Sequence record: OR455461.1
Strand: one strand, 5' to 3'
DNA: 64,000 nt
The position numbers were made by a program, and so were the translations under genes. Shown here one piece after another: positions 31,013 through 41,367 of the stretch. Each line of letters begins with the position of its first letter. The first letter of the stretch is position 1. The notes below the pieces were generated by a model, which was not told the origin of the DNA, ran no database searches, and was given only the letters and a program-made list of their open reading frames with translations.

Positions 31013-31389
31013 TTATTTTTATTCCCCTATACAAGCAACATATCTCTTACGCTATCTTATAAACATGTGTAGACTATATTAATTTTTCAATTAATATACC
31101 TAAATATAACAGTATAACTTTTTGATTATCGAGTATTTCATCGATTTGGAAATCTTTTATTTAACTCATTTGTCTACAATTGGCGTTTATTTCCTATTCG
31201 ATAACTGGGAGGTCCCAGACCTTCTTCTCAATACTTTATAGGGTAAAGTAATAAGTCAGGCATATTTATAGACTAGTTATAAGAGCGAAGAAAGATGACA
31301 TTCTCTCTTCCATTATTATAATATAAATTTAAAAATTAAATTAAAATAATAAGTGTGCTTTAACATGTACTTATTAAAATTTTAAGAAA

Positions 31390-32379
31390 ATGAATGGTGG
31401 TGAAGAAAGATTGGCTGAAGATGATAAAAGCTTAGAAACTTCTTTTAAGGAAGAAATCAAAAAAGAAGGTAATGTAAAAGAAATAGAATCCTTTAACCCT
31501 TATAGAATGAAGGATAAAAATTCAGAAATATTTAATAAAGGTTTACCTTATATTTTCTTTACTGCTCCTCGTTTAAATTTAGTAGATGGTAATATAAATA
31601 GAGATAGTTTCTTTTCATATCTTAAAAGTGTTAAACCAAAATTATTAGAAACTTTAAATTTTAGTAATTTAAATGCTATAAGTTCAGGTAAACCTTTTAT
31701 TCCAATCCTTTCAAATAGATTTATGGGTATATCTATACCCGATACACAAACTACAATGAAAGAATTCCATGAAACATTCTACGGATATAAACAACACTTA
31801 CCGGTAGGAACAGTTAATTCAGTTGCTGGTGGAGAAATTGCTGTTGACTTTGAAGAAAATAAAAATATAGACATTATACATTTAATAAAAGCTTGGAGTG
31901 AATATATTGAAGGAGTTACTAGAGGTTATATGTATCCTTCAGAAGATGCGAAAAGTAAAAGGTATATAGATTATACTAGCTCTATATATTATTTCTTATT
32001 AGATTTTGATGGAGAAACTGTTTTACATTATTCTAAATACACAGGTTGTTTCCCTATTAATGTACCATATGATATATTCTCTCAAAATGTTGGTGAAGAT
32101 GTAGATGTTCCACATGTATCAGTTAACTTTGCTTATTCGTATAAAGAAGATATGAATCCAGATACCTTAGTTGATTTTAATACAGTATCAACAATGGGAA
32201 GTTCAGTTGCAAATGCTTCAGGTGCTTCTCCTATAAGAGCTAATATAAATGCAGTAACAATGGGTGTTAAACTCAAATACGATGAAATGTATCCTATTAA
32301 TACAGGTAGTCCTTATATTGCAATGGGATCAAGAAGTGAAGATGGATCACAAAATAAATATAGATTAAGATTTTTATAA
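31390..32379 (+). CDS. Tail-tube-fold baseplate protein (T4 gp54/gp48/gp19-like)
   Basis: C-terminal YSKYTGCFPINVP...VSVNFAY signature; lies next to the gp6-like gene. Confidence 0.6.
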   Translation: MNGGEERLAEDDKSLETSFKEEIKKEGNVKEIESFNPYRMKDKNSEIFNKGLPYIFFTAPRLNLVDGNINRDSFFSYLKSVKPKLLETLNFSNLNAISSGKPFIPILSNRFMGISIPDTQTTMKEFHETFYGYKQHLPVGTVNSVAGGEIAVDFEENKNIDIIHLIKAWSEYIEGVTRGYMYPSEDAKSKRYIDYTSSIYYFLLDFDGETVLHYSKYTGCFPINVPYDIFSQNVGEDVDVPHVSVNFAYSYKEDMNPDTLVDFNTVSTMGSSVANASGASPIRANINAVTMGVKLKYDEMYPINTGSPYIAMGSRSEDGSQNKYRLRFL

Positions 32380-32402
32380 GAAAGTGAGTTGAAATTAATA
32401 AA

Positions 32403-35393
32403 ATGGCTATAACACAGTATTTCTCTAACGAACAAGAGAAATTAGATTTTTTAAATAATGCTAAGATAGATACGGATAGTGTTATTAAAATAGGAAGTAC
32501 TTCATACGATGTTAAAGAAAAATGGTTTAATATGGCTAGCAAATTCTTTGAAATTGATACTGAAAATACTCCTATTGATGATAATGAAAATGAAGAACTT
32601 ATTAGTTTACTTAAAGCAGGTTTATTTGGTTATATTAATGAGATTAATTCTCATGAAGTTAAAAATGCTATATATCATAGAAACGTTTTGTATGATGAAT
32701 TATTCTTAAATACAGCATCAATACCAATGTCAATTTATAACTTTGCTAAATTATATAATGTACCTATTCAAATGGCCACACCTGCTAACTTTAAAGTAGA
32801 TTTAGTAGTTAGAAAAGAAGATATATTAAAACTTCCAACTAAAGAGATTATATCTACTAAAACTATTGATAAAGAAAAATCTCTAAAAACATACGAAGCA
32901 ACTATATCTAAAAAACAAGATTTCACTATAGGTAACTTTAAATATAGCTTACCTTATGATGTTTCTATTATATTAAAACAATATCCAGTTACTAAAGATG
33001 GTAAAGAATTAATTGATTATAAAATATCAGCTAATTATAATATAGATAACAACTTATTTAAATTCTCATCTATACTAGACAATAACGTTAAAGTAACTAA
33101 AAATATTTCTAATGGAATAGATTATTTATTCTTTAGTTTAGATCTATATCAAATTGATAGAGTTGAAAAAGAATTTAATATTACAAGTAATGATATTGCA
33201 GAAAATATTTATCTAGATAGTAGTTATGAAGGTCAATTAGCTGGATTTAATGTATTTTATGAATATATGGGTGAAAGAATTCCTATGGAAACTTATTTCA
33301 ATAATACATTTACTCCAGATACGGATAATCCTTTCTGTTATTACAATTTTAAAGAGGAAAATAAATTAGAAATATCTTTCTCTAATATTGCTAATTCATT
33401 TAGACCTAAAGCAAATAGTAGAGTTGTAATTGAAACTTTAACTACTAGAGGTGAACAGGGTAACTTTAATTATAATGATGCATTAAATGTATCATTAGAA
33501 TCTGGAATTAGTACATTTGAAAAAATACCAGTTACAGTATTACCTAAAGGAAATTCTGTTAACGGTAGAAATAAACCTACAGTAAATTCAGAAAAAAGAC
33601 GTATTATTAATAAAGCTATAACTAGAGATAATATTATTACAGATTTTGATATTAAAAATTATTTTAATGAAGTTAATGACAGTAATAATATTAATAATTC
33701 ATTTATTAATTTTGTTAAGAAACGTAATGATCTATATACACGTATGTATAATGCATTCTTATTATTAAGAGATAGTAATAATAAAGTTATGCCTACAAAC
33801 ACTGCACCTTATTTAGATTTCCCTAAGCAATACTTCATTGGAAATACTTCTTTAGGAAATGAAGAAAATGGTTATGTTATTCCAGAAAATAGTCTATTTA
33901 AATACGATCATGAAGAAAAAGAATATGTCCATATACCTGATGGTTTAGATGATAAAGATGAAAAAGAAAAATTTGAAAAAGATAAAGATTCTTTATATTA
34001 TGTAAATCCTTTCTTAATCAAGATTAATAAGTATCCTTTCTTATCTTCCAACTATTATAAACTTCATGTAAATGATTTATTCTCAACTGAGTATAAATAC
34101 ATTAATGATTTAATACCTAGTAATATAACTACAACTGATTTATATGTAGAAAAATTAAATGATTTCAAAAATACATTAGAATCAGATACATTTAAATTTA
34201 GTGTAGAAATTGGTATGGATACATCATTACAAGAAATGAAAGATTTATTAAGTGTTAGAGTAGTTCTATTATCTCAAGAAACTGGAGAGAAGTATGGTTA
34301 CTTTGAATTAAAACCAGAAGAAAATATTGAATCTGAAAATAATATTATTGATGACAGTGATAGTAGTGTTGATAAATCTTCACTATATACAGGAATGATA
34401 TCTACAAACAGATCTTTCCATGAAGGAAAACTAGCAATCACAGATTCATTATATGATTCAAAAGGTATTGTACAAGATAATGTATTTATAGATGAGAAAT
34501 TTGTAGTTAAAATTGGAATTATGTATAAAGATGAAGATATGAGATATTTTAATGAATTAGATTATTCTGATGAAATGAATTTCTTTAAAGATGCTTTTCC
34601 TAATCATGAAGATAATGTAATTAATGACTATACATTAGCTTGTTCTATGGAAACTTTTGAAGGAGTATCTATCTATAAAGATATGTCAAATGTAATGAAT
34701 AGTACAATATCTATGGATGATTCTAAATGTAGAGTAGAATTAATACCAATGTTCTCATTAGGTTACTTCATGAATAATTATGAAGAAGTATATAACGTAT
34801 TAGATAGTTATAAAGATATACTAGAAGATGCTATTCCTAGATTACAAAATAATACTAGTATAGATATGAAACTGTATAATACAAAAGGTCCTTCTAATAA
34901 TTATTATTTAGATACTAAATTAAATGATGATAATGTAGAAAATAAATATATCTCTAGAACTGATATATTACTAGATCTAAATATAACACTATACGCTCCA
35001 ATTAATGATTTCTTAGATAAAGAAATTAAAAGATATATATCAGATTTTATTGAAGCATGTAATGAAAATGGTATTATACCTATATCGAATTTAATAAGAT
35101 TATTAGAACAAAATTTTGATATCATTAAATATATTGTATTTAATGGAATTTCAGGCAAATATGCAGAGAAAGTTGATAATCACTATCAAAAACTTCTTAA
35201 CACTAATTTAGGTTATAACGATCTAAATAAACAAGAAATTATCGAATATGTTCCAGAATATATAAACATTAAAAAGAATCTTAGAGATAATAAAGTAGAA
35301 ATTGAAAATGAAGATAATTCAACAGGGACTACAGTTATAGATTTAGGATTAACTTATGATGATGTTGTAAATATTACTTATTCAGTTTCTTAA
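32403..35393 (+). CDS. Baseplate wedge subunit, T4 gp6/baseplate J-like
   Basis: DELFLNTASIPMSIYNFAKLYNVPIQMATPA and AITRDNIITDFD; 996 aa. Confidence 0.7.
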   Translation: MAITQYFSNEQEKLDFLNNAKIDTDSVIKIGSTSYDVKEKWFNMASKFFEIDTENTPIDDNENEELISLLKAGLFGYINEINSHEVKNAIYHRNVLYDELFLNTASIPMSIYNFAKLYNVPIQMATPANFKVDLVVRKEDILKLPTKEIISTKTIDKEKSLKTYEATISKKQDFTIGNFKYSLPYDVSIILKQYPVTKDGKELIDYKISANYNIDNNLFKFSSILDNNVKVTKNISNGIDYLFFSLDLYQIDRVEKEFNITSNDIAENIYLDSSYEGQLAGFNVFYEYMGERIPMETYFNNTFTPDTDNPFCYYNFKEENKLEISFSNIANSFRPKANSRVVIETLTTRGEQGNFNYNDALNVSLESGISTFEKIPVTVLPKGNSVNGRNKPTVNSEKRRIINKAITRDNIITDFDIKNYFNEVNDSNNINNSFINFVKKRNDLYTRMYNAFLLLRDSNNKVMPTNTAPYLDFPKQYFIGNTSLGNEENGYVIPENSLFKYDHEEKEYVHIPDGLDDKDEKEKFEKDKDSLYYVNPFLIKINKYPFLSSNYYKLHVNDLFSTEYKYINDLIPSNITTTDLYVEKLNDFKNTLESDTFKFSVEIGMDTSLQEMKDLLSVRVVLLSQETGEKYGYFELKPEENIESENNIIDDSDSSVDKSSLYTGMISTNRSFHEGKLAITDSLYDSKGIVQDNVFIDEKFVVKIGIMYKDEDMRYFNELDYSDEMNFFKDAFPNHEDNVINDYTLACSMETFEGVSIYKDMSNVMNSTISMDDSKCRVELIPMFSLGYFMNNYEEVYNVLDSYKDILEDAIPRLQNNTSIDMKLYNTKGPSNNYYLDTKLNDDNVENKYISRTDILLDLNITLYAPINDFLDKEIKRYISDFIEACNENGIIPISNLIRLLEQNFDIIKYIVFNGISGKYAEKVDNHYQKLLNTNLGYNDLNKQEIIEYVPEYINIKKNLRDNKVEIENEDNSTGTTVIDLGLTYDDVVNITYSVS

Positions 35394-35421
35394 TATAAAA
35401 TAAAAAGGAGAATTTAAACTT

Positions 35422-36402
35422 ATGTCTAAACCATTCATCTCAAAATATCGTCAAAGTCAAGCTGACTTAAATAAAAAAGCTAATACAGCTTTAGAACAGA
35501 AAAAATACAACGATATGGTCAATGAAGAATTACAAGTTTCAAAAGAGAAAGATTTAATTTCAGGAAGAAATAACCAAATCAAGGCTACAAATAAAAGAGC
35601 TATAGATAACGCTAAAAATAAAAATGATAGAGATTTATTATCATTAAACACTCAAACTATTATGACTACTCTTTTTTCAGCATTAGTATTTAATACTTTC
35701 CCTAACAAAATTGCTGATAAAAGTAAATTACGTGACCATATTGTAAACAAGAGTCGTGTTTTCTTTAATGAAGCAATTGATGCTGAATTAGCTGATTATC
35801 AAGGTAGTGAAGTATTTAAAAATGCAAAATTCAATGCTGCAACTTATGCTAAAGACGCTCATGGAGTTATTGATCCTAAAGACTCAATTAAAGGAGCTAA
35901 AGTAGTTTATAAAAAAGGTAGTACTGAATTTGACTACTTAGTAAATGTAGTTGCTAAGAAAATTGAATCTGCTGTAATCAGAGAATCAGAACTAGTTGAT
36001 GTACGTGAAAAATTAAACGAAGGTATTGCTGATACTCATAAAAAACAAAGTAAAACATTTTTCCGTACATTACATGAAATGGCAATTAATGATATTGTAA
36101 ATAATGAAGAATATCTTAAAGAAGAAATTTCTGCTGAAGAAGTTAATATGAATGCGTTAACTGAAGCTGTTTTAGACTATACTATTATGGAATTAGTTCA
36201 TACAGCTAAATTAAGTACATTTAATATGTCAGAAGTTCAAAAATCTATTAAAAATGGATCATTGAAAGTTAATACATCTCAATCTTCTAAAGTAAATCCT
36301 GAGAATGGTTCTACTAAACCATCTGGCGATGGTGTAAAACCTAGAGTCAGAGATAATGAAAATAAACCGAAGTCAGGAAAAGTTCAATTAAACGAAGAAT
36401 AA
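35422..36402 (+). CDS. Putative virion protein
   Basis: AAAGGAG RBS; VNEE/FNEA/LNEG/LNEE motifs. Confidence 0.5.
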   Translation: MSKPFISKYRQSQADLNKKANTALEQKKYNDMVNEELQVSKEKDLISGRNNQIKATNKRAIDNAKNKNDRDLLSLNTQTIMTTLFSALVFNTFPNKIADKSKLRDHIVNKSRVFFNEAIDAELADYQGSEVFKNAKFNAATYAKDAHGVIDPKDSIKGAKVVYKKGSTEFDYLVNVVAKKIESAVIRESELVDVREKLNEGIADTHKKQSKTFFRTLHEMAINDIVNNEEYLKEEISAEEVNMNALTEAVLDYTIMELVHTAKLSTFNMSEVQKSIKNGSLKVNTSQSSKVNPENGSTKPSGDGVKPRVRDNENKPKSGKVQLNEE

Positions 36403-36422
36403 AAAAAAAAATAATAAAATTT

Positions 36423-36452
36423 CCCCAATACCTATTAATTTAGGTATTGGGG
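36423..36452. repeat. Conserved palindrome copy between convergent genes
   Basis: Identical to 13251-13280. Confidence 0.8.
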
Positions 36453-36461
36453 ATTATATTT

Positions 36462-36932
36462 TTAAATAGATTTTTGATACTCATTTCTTTCTTTTACATA
36501 TAGTGTTAATTTGTAGTACATTATATCTAATATAATATTTGGTAATTCTTCATTATCATAAACTTTATAGAGTTTTTTCTTAAAATCTTCAGATATATAA
36601 CTCATGTATCTATTATAAACATCTTCCAATATTGTATTCTTTCTTTGTTCCGTAATACTTACATTAGAAAATTTCATAGATGGATTTTCTAAATATACAT
36701 CTAGATATATTTCTTCTATTGTTATATCAAAAGTAGGTTTTAAGAAGTTATCAATAGAATAATCTAAATCATCAATAATACTTTTACCATCAAATTTATC
36801 TTCCATATCTTTTACTTTATATTGGAGTTGATTAACATTTTTTAAGCTTTGTTTATACTTATAATAATAATGTCCTATGAATATACCTAGAAGTATACAT
36901 ATAAATATTAAAGCTGTAACTAAAAACCACAT
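36462..36932 (-). CDS. Membrane-anchored hypothetical protein
   Basis: N-terminal hydrophobic helix WFLVTALIFICILLGIFIG; AGGAGGTG RBS. Confidence 0.7.
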   Translation of the reverse strand: MWFLVTALIFICILLGIFIGHYYYKYKQSLKNVNQLQYKVKDMEDKFDGKSIIDDLDYSIDNFLKPTFDITIEEIYLDVYLENPSMKFSNVSITEQRKNTILEDVYNRYMSYISEDFKKKLYKVYDNEELPNIILDIMYYKLTLYVKERNEYQKSI

Positions 36933-36937
36933 TCATT

Positions 36938-37093
36938 TCACCTCCTTTTTATTCTTCTTAATTTATTGAATCTTTTTCTTTTATTCTTAATTTTAATTTT
37001 TTCACTACGTTCTTTTTTAAGAATATCATTTGAAATATTTGACACTATAAGTAATACTAAAGATATTATGAAAACCATTACAATATAAATCAT
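36938..37093 (-). CDS. Small membrane peptide (51 aa) with a basic tail
   Basis: ATG overlaps the dCMP deaminase stop (TAATG). Reads MIYIVMVFIISLVLLIVSNISNDILKKERSEKIKIKNKRKRFNKLRRIKRR. Confidence 0.5.
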   Translation of the reverse strand: MIYIVMVFIISLVLLIVSNISNDILKKERSEKIKIKNKRKRFNKLRRIKRR

Positions 37094-37647
37094 TACAGTT
37101 CACCATCTTTAATTCTAATGAAGTTAACATTATTTTCTATTAATAAATCCATAACAGGTTCATAATCATCATAGAGTTCATTAAAGTAAACTGTTTTTAT
37201 TCCTGAAGCTATGATATTCTTAGCACAATTGTAACATGGTGAATGTGTGCAATATAAATCAAGTCCTTCTGTAGATATTCCTTTTTTACTCATTTTAGTC
37301 AACGCATTTATTTCTGCATGAACTTCATTAAGTAATGACCATTTATGATGAAGTTCTTGATCTTCGCATTCTATTAGCTCATCTCCATTAATTTCATACC
37401 AAACATTATCTTTTTTCTTAAATATTTCATTACAATTAACTTTACCAGGAAATGATCCATTTACTCCTATAGAATATATTGAAGAATTATCTGCAATAAT
37501 TGAACTAACTTTTTTAGCTGCACACTTACTCAATTCAGAAGCTTCTTTACAATATTTCATACATAATATGTTCCATTTATTGATTTCATAAAAATCATTA
37601 AATTCATTATCATTAAAATCTATTTTTGTAGTCATAATTAAATTCAT
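37093..37647 (-). CDS. dCMP deaminase
   Basis: Zinc motifs VHAEINAL and HSPCYNC; SIGVNG. Confidence 0.88.
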   Translation of the reverse strand: MNLIMTTKIDFNDNEFNDFYEINKWNILCMKYCKEASELSKCAAKKVSSIIADNSSIYSIGVNGSFPGKVNCNEIFKKKDNVWYEINGDELIECEDQELHHKWSLLNEVHAEINALTKMSKKGISTEGLDLYCTHSPCYNCAKNIIASGIKTVYFNELYDDYEPVMDLLIENNVNFIRIKDGEL

Positions 37648-37656
37648 AAACTCCTT

Positions 37657-38268
37657 TTATTTTAAATTATTAACAAATTCAGTTATTTTCTCTATAATAT
37701 AATCATATGAATAAGCTTCATCATTATTTTCATAAGCGAGTAATTTTCCTTTATTTGCATATTCATCAGCTAATTCATTGTATTTTGAATCTTGGTCAAT
37801 TGATTTATTATGTCCTTTTGTCCATGATAAATTTATATTAAACCTCATTCCTAAATTATATTTTATATCATCTATTAATGACCATAGTTCTTTATTTTTT
37901 ATAGGAGCTCCTGTATTTGTTAACCAACCATTTTCTGACCATTTTGAAAGATATTTATTAAAACCATCAACAACATATCTAGAATCTGTTTTAATATTTA
38001 TATTTAATTTTCCCTCACCTTTATACGTTTCTATAGCAAATAGAACGGAAAATATAAATGATAATATTTCTAAATTGTTATTAGTTAATTTTTCATCCAT
38101 CACAGGTATTCCCATAGAATCAAAAGGTCTATCTTCTTCAGGCAAATATATACCTAACCCACCATATTTAGTTCCTTTAGATTTAACACCTTTTATTGCA
38201 CCATCACAATAAATTATTACTTTATCACTGTTTTTATCTAAATATTTTTTAAAGTCTATCAAATTCAT
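37657..38268 (-). CDS. rnhA: Ribonuclease HI
   Basis: IYCDGA, TNNNLEI, KTDSRYV, W..NGW....G.PIKNKELW, WTKGH, NELAD. Confidence 0.9.
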   Translation of the reverse strand: MNLIDFKKYLDKNSDKVIIYCDGAIKGVKSKGTKYGGLGIYLPEEDRPFDSMGIPVMDEKLTNNNLEILSFIFSVLFAIETYKGEGKLNINIKTDSRYVVDGFNKYLSKWSENGWLTNTGAPIKNKELWSLIDDIKYNLGMRFNINLSWTKGHNKSIDQDSKYNELADEYANKGKLLAYENNDEAYSYDYIIEKITEFVNNLK

Positions 38269-38299
38269 ACACCGTCCTAGAATTTATAAAAAAAAATAA

Positions 38300-38326
38300 A
38301 TGAAGAGAGATTAGATCTCTCTTCAT
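38300..38326 (-). terminator. Terminator after the 690-aa gene
   Basis: ATGAAGAGAGA/TCTCTCTTCAT with a U tract on the minus strand. Confidence 0.7.
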
Positions 38327-38367
38327 CCTTTATATAATTAAAAAGTTTTTACCATTTATTAATTTTA

Positions 38368-40440
38368 TTAAACCATAAATGAATCTAAGATCTCTTCATC
38401 TAAAGATTTAACATCAGTTTCTTCACCAGTAATTAATTTAACTAAATCTTCGTCACTATCTAAATCTTTATTAGTAACTTTAATTCTAATGTCTTCTAAA
38501 GTATCTGTTCCTTCAAGAACATCAATATAATCACTAACAAATTGAACTTCACCATCAATATTAGTAACTTTAATAGTATGACTATCCGAGAACTCTACGC
38601 TATCTACGAAAGCAAATTTAGTATTATCATTAATTAATTTATTAATGAATAATTTACGTTTAGCGATTTCTAATTCAATATCGCCTTTACGAATTTTATC
38701 AATTCTATGTGTAGAACCTGCATATTTAAACGATACATCCTTAGTGAATTTGTTTTCTTTAATAATTTGATATGTCATATTTAATTTCTCCTCTTTATTA
38801 TCATTTTTAGTTTCTTTTACATTTTTTATAGTAGATTCTTTTGATTTAATTTCTTCCTGTACCTCTTTTAATTCATCTTCATTATTAATTTCAATAATAC
38901 TTTCTTTTTCAGGTTTAGTAAATGCATATTTTCCTTCAATTATATTTTGATATTGATTAGTAAATGCATCAACGTAATTTTTATCCTCATCAAATATGTT
39001 ATCCAATGAAGATTTTAAACTTAGTTTTAGATTTGAATATCTATGTGAAGTTGTATCAATACGTTTACTACTATTAAATATATCTTTTCTTGAAGTAAAG
39101 ACATTTTTAATATCTTCATTAAAATCAGTGTTATTATTTTCAAAAGTAATGAATTTCATTAATTTTATAACATTGAAATCATCAAGTTTTATAGTTTGGT
39201 TACTTGATTGTATATATTCAAATAAGAAGTTATTGAATAAAGTATAACCTACTATATGAGTACTAGTGCTTAATGTTTCTGATATGTTCATTTTTAATGG
39301 ATATTCATTTTTCTTCTTCTTAGTATAACCACGTTTATTTTCTGAATTCAATAAATATGATTTGGAAGTGAATTCATTAACATTCCCTTTAGAGTATATT
39401 CCTGAATAAACACCTTGAAGAAGTTCAAATGTAAATCTTTTTAAAGTATACTCAATATTTTCTATGCCTAAGAAACTTAAGAATAAATCATATATCAATG
39501 TCTCTCTAATAGGATGGTCATAACTAACTGACAAGAAGCGTTGTCTAAATGGATTGAAATATAAATTTTCTCTAGTTAAGATATTTGTATCTCTTATTTT
39601 TTGTTCTTTTCCATTTGTACATATAAATAAATCTAATCTAGTATCATCCCTTGCATCACTTACTTTTGGAATATTGAATAATGGATTACTAGCGAAATAA
39701 TAATCTGAACGTTGACTAAATGTAAACACTTCAGAATATGTTCTATTTGAAAATATATCATTTCTTTCAATCTTTCCAGTCAATTTACCTTCTTTACTTC
39801 TAATATTTATATTAGCATCCATTAGTAAATCAAAATAATTAATTGCGTCATAAGATTTATTTAATAGCTCCTCATTGTTTAATGAAATTAAATAACTACC
39901 TAAATTATCTACACTTAATTCTTTATACGCTGCCATAATAGAATCTTTATTAATTTCAGCAATTAAATCGTATAATGTATTTCTTTCATAATTACCAAAA
40001 CTGCTTAGTTTTTTATGGAAACTAAAATCTGCAGTTTTATAAAATTTATAAACCATTAAATTGTCAACGATACTTGATTTAATAAATTTTAATAATGCAT
40101 CTACATTTACATCACTATTTTTATCTTTAACATTCATTTTTGGACCATATACTCTAGTAACAAAAGGAATACTATCAATTGAATAAATGATAAAAATATT
40201 TCTAGATTCTTCATTATTATCATTAGAAATAAATCTAAACATTGTATCTGTTATTTTATTTTCTTTCATAATATTAATAACGCCATCAAAAAGATTATTT
40301 ACATTATTTACATAATTTTCATCATTTACCATTTTAGATGGTTGATTAACATCTATTTCTTTCTTAAACCAACGTTTAACTTCCTTTAAACTGATATTAC
40401 TTTCTGACAAATTGTTTTTCTTTAGTATTATTCTACTCAT
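38368..40440 (-). CDS. Hypothetical protein (690 aa) with an internal in-frame RBS and ATG at 38778
   Basis: Intact ORF; early-type motif at 40503-40517. Confidence 0.7.
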   Translation of the reverse strand: MSRIILKKNNLSESNISLKEVKRWFKKEIDVNQPSKMVNDENYVNNVNNLFDGVINIMKENKITDTMFRFISNDNNEESRNIFIIYSIDSIPFVTRVYGPKMNVKDKNSDVNVDALLKFIKSSIVDNLMVYKFYKTADFSFHKKLSSFGNYERNTLYDLIAEINKDSIMAAYKELSVDNLGSYLISLNNEELLNKSYDAINYFDLLMDANINIRSKEGKLTGKIERNDIFSNRTYSEVFTFSQRSDYYFASNPLFNIPKVSDARDDTRLDLFICTNGKEQKIRDTNILTRENLYFNPFRQRFLSVSYDHPIRETLIYDLFLSFLGIENIEYTLKRFTFELLQGVYSGIYSKGNVNEFTSKSYLLNSENKRGYTKKKKNEYPLKMNISETLSTSTHIVGYTLFNNFLFEYIQSSNQTIKLDDFNVIKLMKFITFENNNTDFNEDIKNVFTSRKDIFNSSKRIDTTSHRYSNLKLSLKSSLDNIFDEDKNYVDAFTNQYQNIIEGKYAFTKPEKESIIEINNEDELKEVQEEIKSKESTIKNVKETKNDNKEEKLNMTYQIIKENKFTKDVSFKYAGSTHRIDKIRKGDIELEIAKRKLFINKLINDNTKFAFVDSVEFSDSHTIKVTNIDGEVQFVSDYIDVLEGTDTLEDIRIKVTNKDLDSDEDLVKLITGEETDVKSLDEEILDSFMV

Positions 40441-40618
40441 ATCCGATTCACTCTCCTAGTGTAATTTTTATGAAATACTATTAGCTAATTAGTACTTCAC
40501 TTTTATAATATATATTTAAAAATTGATATAAAACGGTAATATGTAACTCATATAGTTTAAAATATTATGATAACATATTATTATAATAATACAAACAAAA
40601 TTATTCAGAAAGAAGGTC

Positions 40619-41311
40619 ATGAAATCTATGCAAATGCCAAAAGTAGATAAAAAAGACCTGCCAAAATTAATAGAAACAATAGAGTTAAATGTAGATGAAA
40701 CTAAAAAATTTGATATGTACAATACTGAAGATGAAATCAAGTCTGAAGAGACTTTTAATAAATATGTAGAAAAAATAATTAGAAGCTCATTTGAATATAA
40801 ATCATTTATTAAAGCTTTGAAAACTGAAATGGATCTAACTAAATGTAAATTTATTCCAGAGGTAGATATAAATGATGATAAAAAGCTTACTATTGAGATG
40901 CATCACTATCCACTTTCATTGTACGACATCGTTTCTAGTTATCGTGAAAAATTAAAAACTAATTATGAATATAAACAGTCATATGAAAGTTTTACTGTAG
41001 CAGAAGATGTTATTAAAATGCATTTTGAAGGTAATATAGGTATTGTACCATTATCATATACTGCACATGAGTTAGCTCATAATGGTGATCTGTTTATACC
41101 ATTAAATGAAGAATTTGTTTTTGGTAATTTTGAAGGTCTTTTTGATCAGATTGAGTTAGAAGCTCCTTTAGAAAATAAAATAGAAGCAGTTAAGAAAATG
41201 ACTAAGAAATATGAAGAAGATCCGTCTCTATATGAGTCAGAGGTTCTTGATAAAGTTAAAACTGAAATAAAAATGAAAAATGAAGTTAAACCAAATAAGA
41301 TAATACAATAA
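40619..41311 (+). CDS. Hypothetical protein with a possible HNH-like fold
   Basis: IEMHHYP...VPLSYTAHELAHNG; late motif at 40572-40583. Confidence 0.45.
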   Translation: MKSMQMPKVDKKDLPKLIETIELNVDETKKFDMYNTEDEIKSEETFNKYVEKIIRSSFEYKSFIKALKTEMDLTKCKFIPEVDINDDKKLTIEMHHYPLSLYDIVSSYREKLKTNYEYKQSYESFTVAEDVIKMHFEGNIGIVPLSYTAHELAHNGDLFIPLNEEFVFGNFEGLFDQIELEAPLENKIEAVKKMTKKYEEDPSLYESEVLDKVKTEIKMKNEVKPNKIIQ

Positions 41312-41327
41312 AAAAAATAATAAAATT

Positions 41328-41355
41328 CCCCTAACCTATTAATTTAGGTTAGGGG
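41328..41355. repeat. Palindrome copy with compensatory stem changes
   Basis: CCCCTAACCT-ATTAATTT-AGGTTAGGGG, same loop as 13251. Confidence 0.8.
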
Positions 41356-41367
41356 ATATATTTTTAA

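Larger units (their letters stand above)
30660..31310 (-). ncRNA. Candidate ~650-nt structured RNA enclosing a 47-codon ORF
   Basis: Promoter-like TATTATAATAATGG at about 31310-31322, terminator at 30668-30711, GNRA hairpins, and a 13-bp long-range pairing of 31199-31226 with 30746-30758. Confidence 0.5.

Noticed and set aside
31060-31180. AUAUAGUCU resembling a group I S element in the candidate structured RNA
   Set aside because: No P4 (UGCUG/CAGCA) or R (GUUCAACGACUA) elements and no flanking exons. tmRNA and RNase P were also considered, but there is no T arm/CCA and only a partial AGGAAAGU match.
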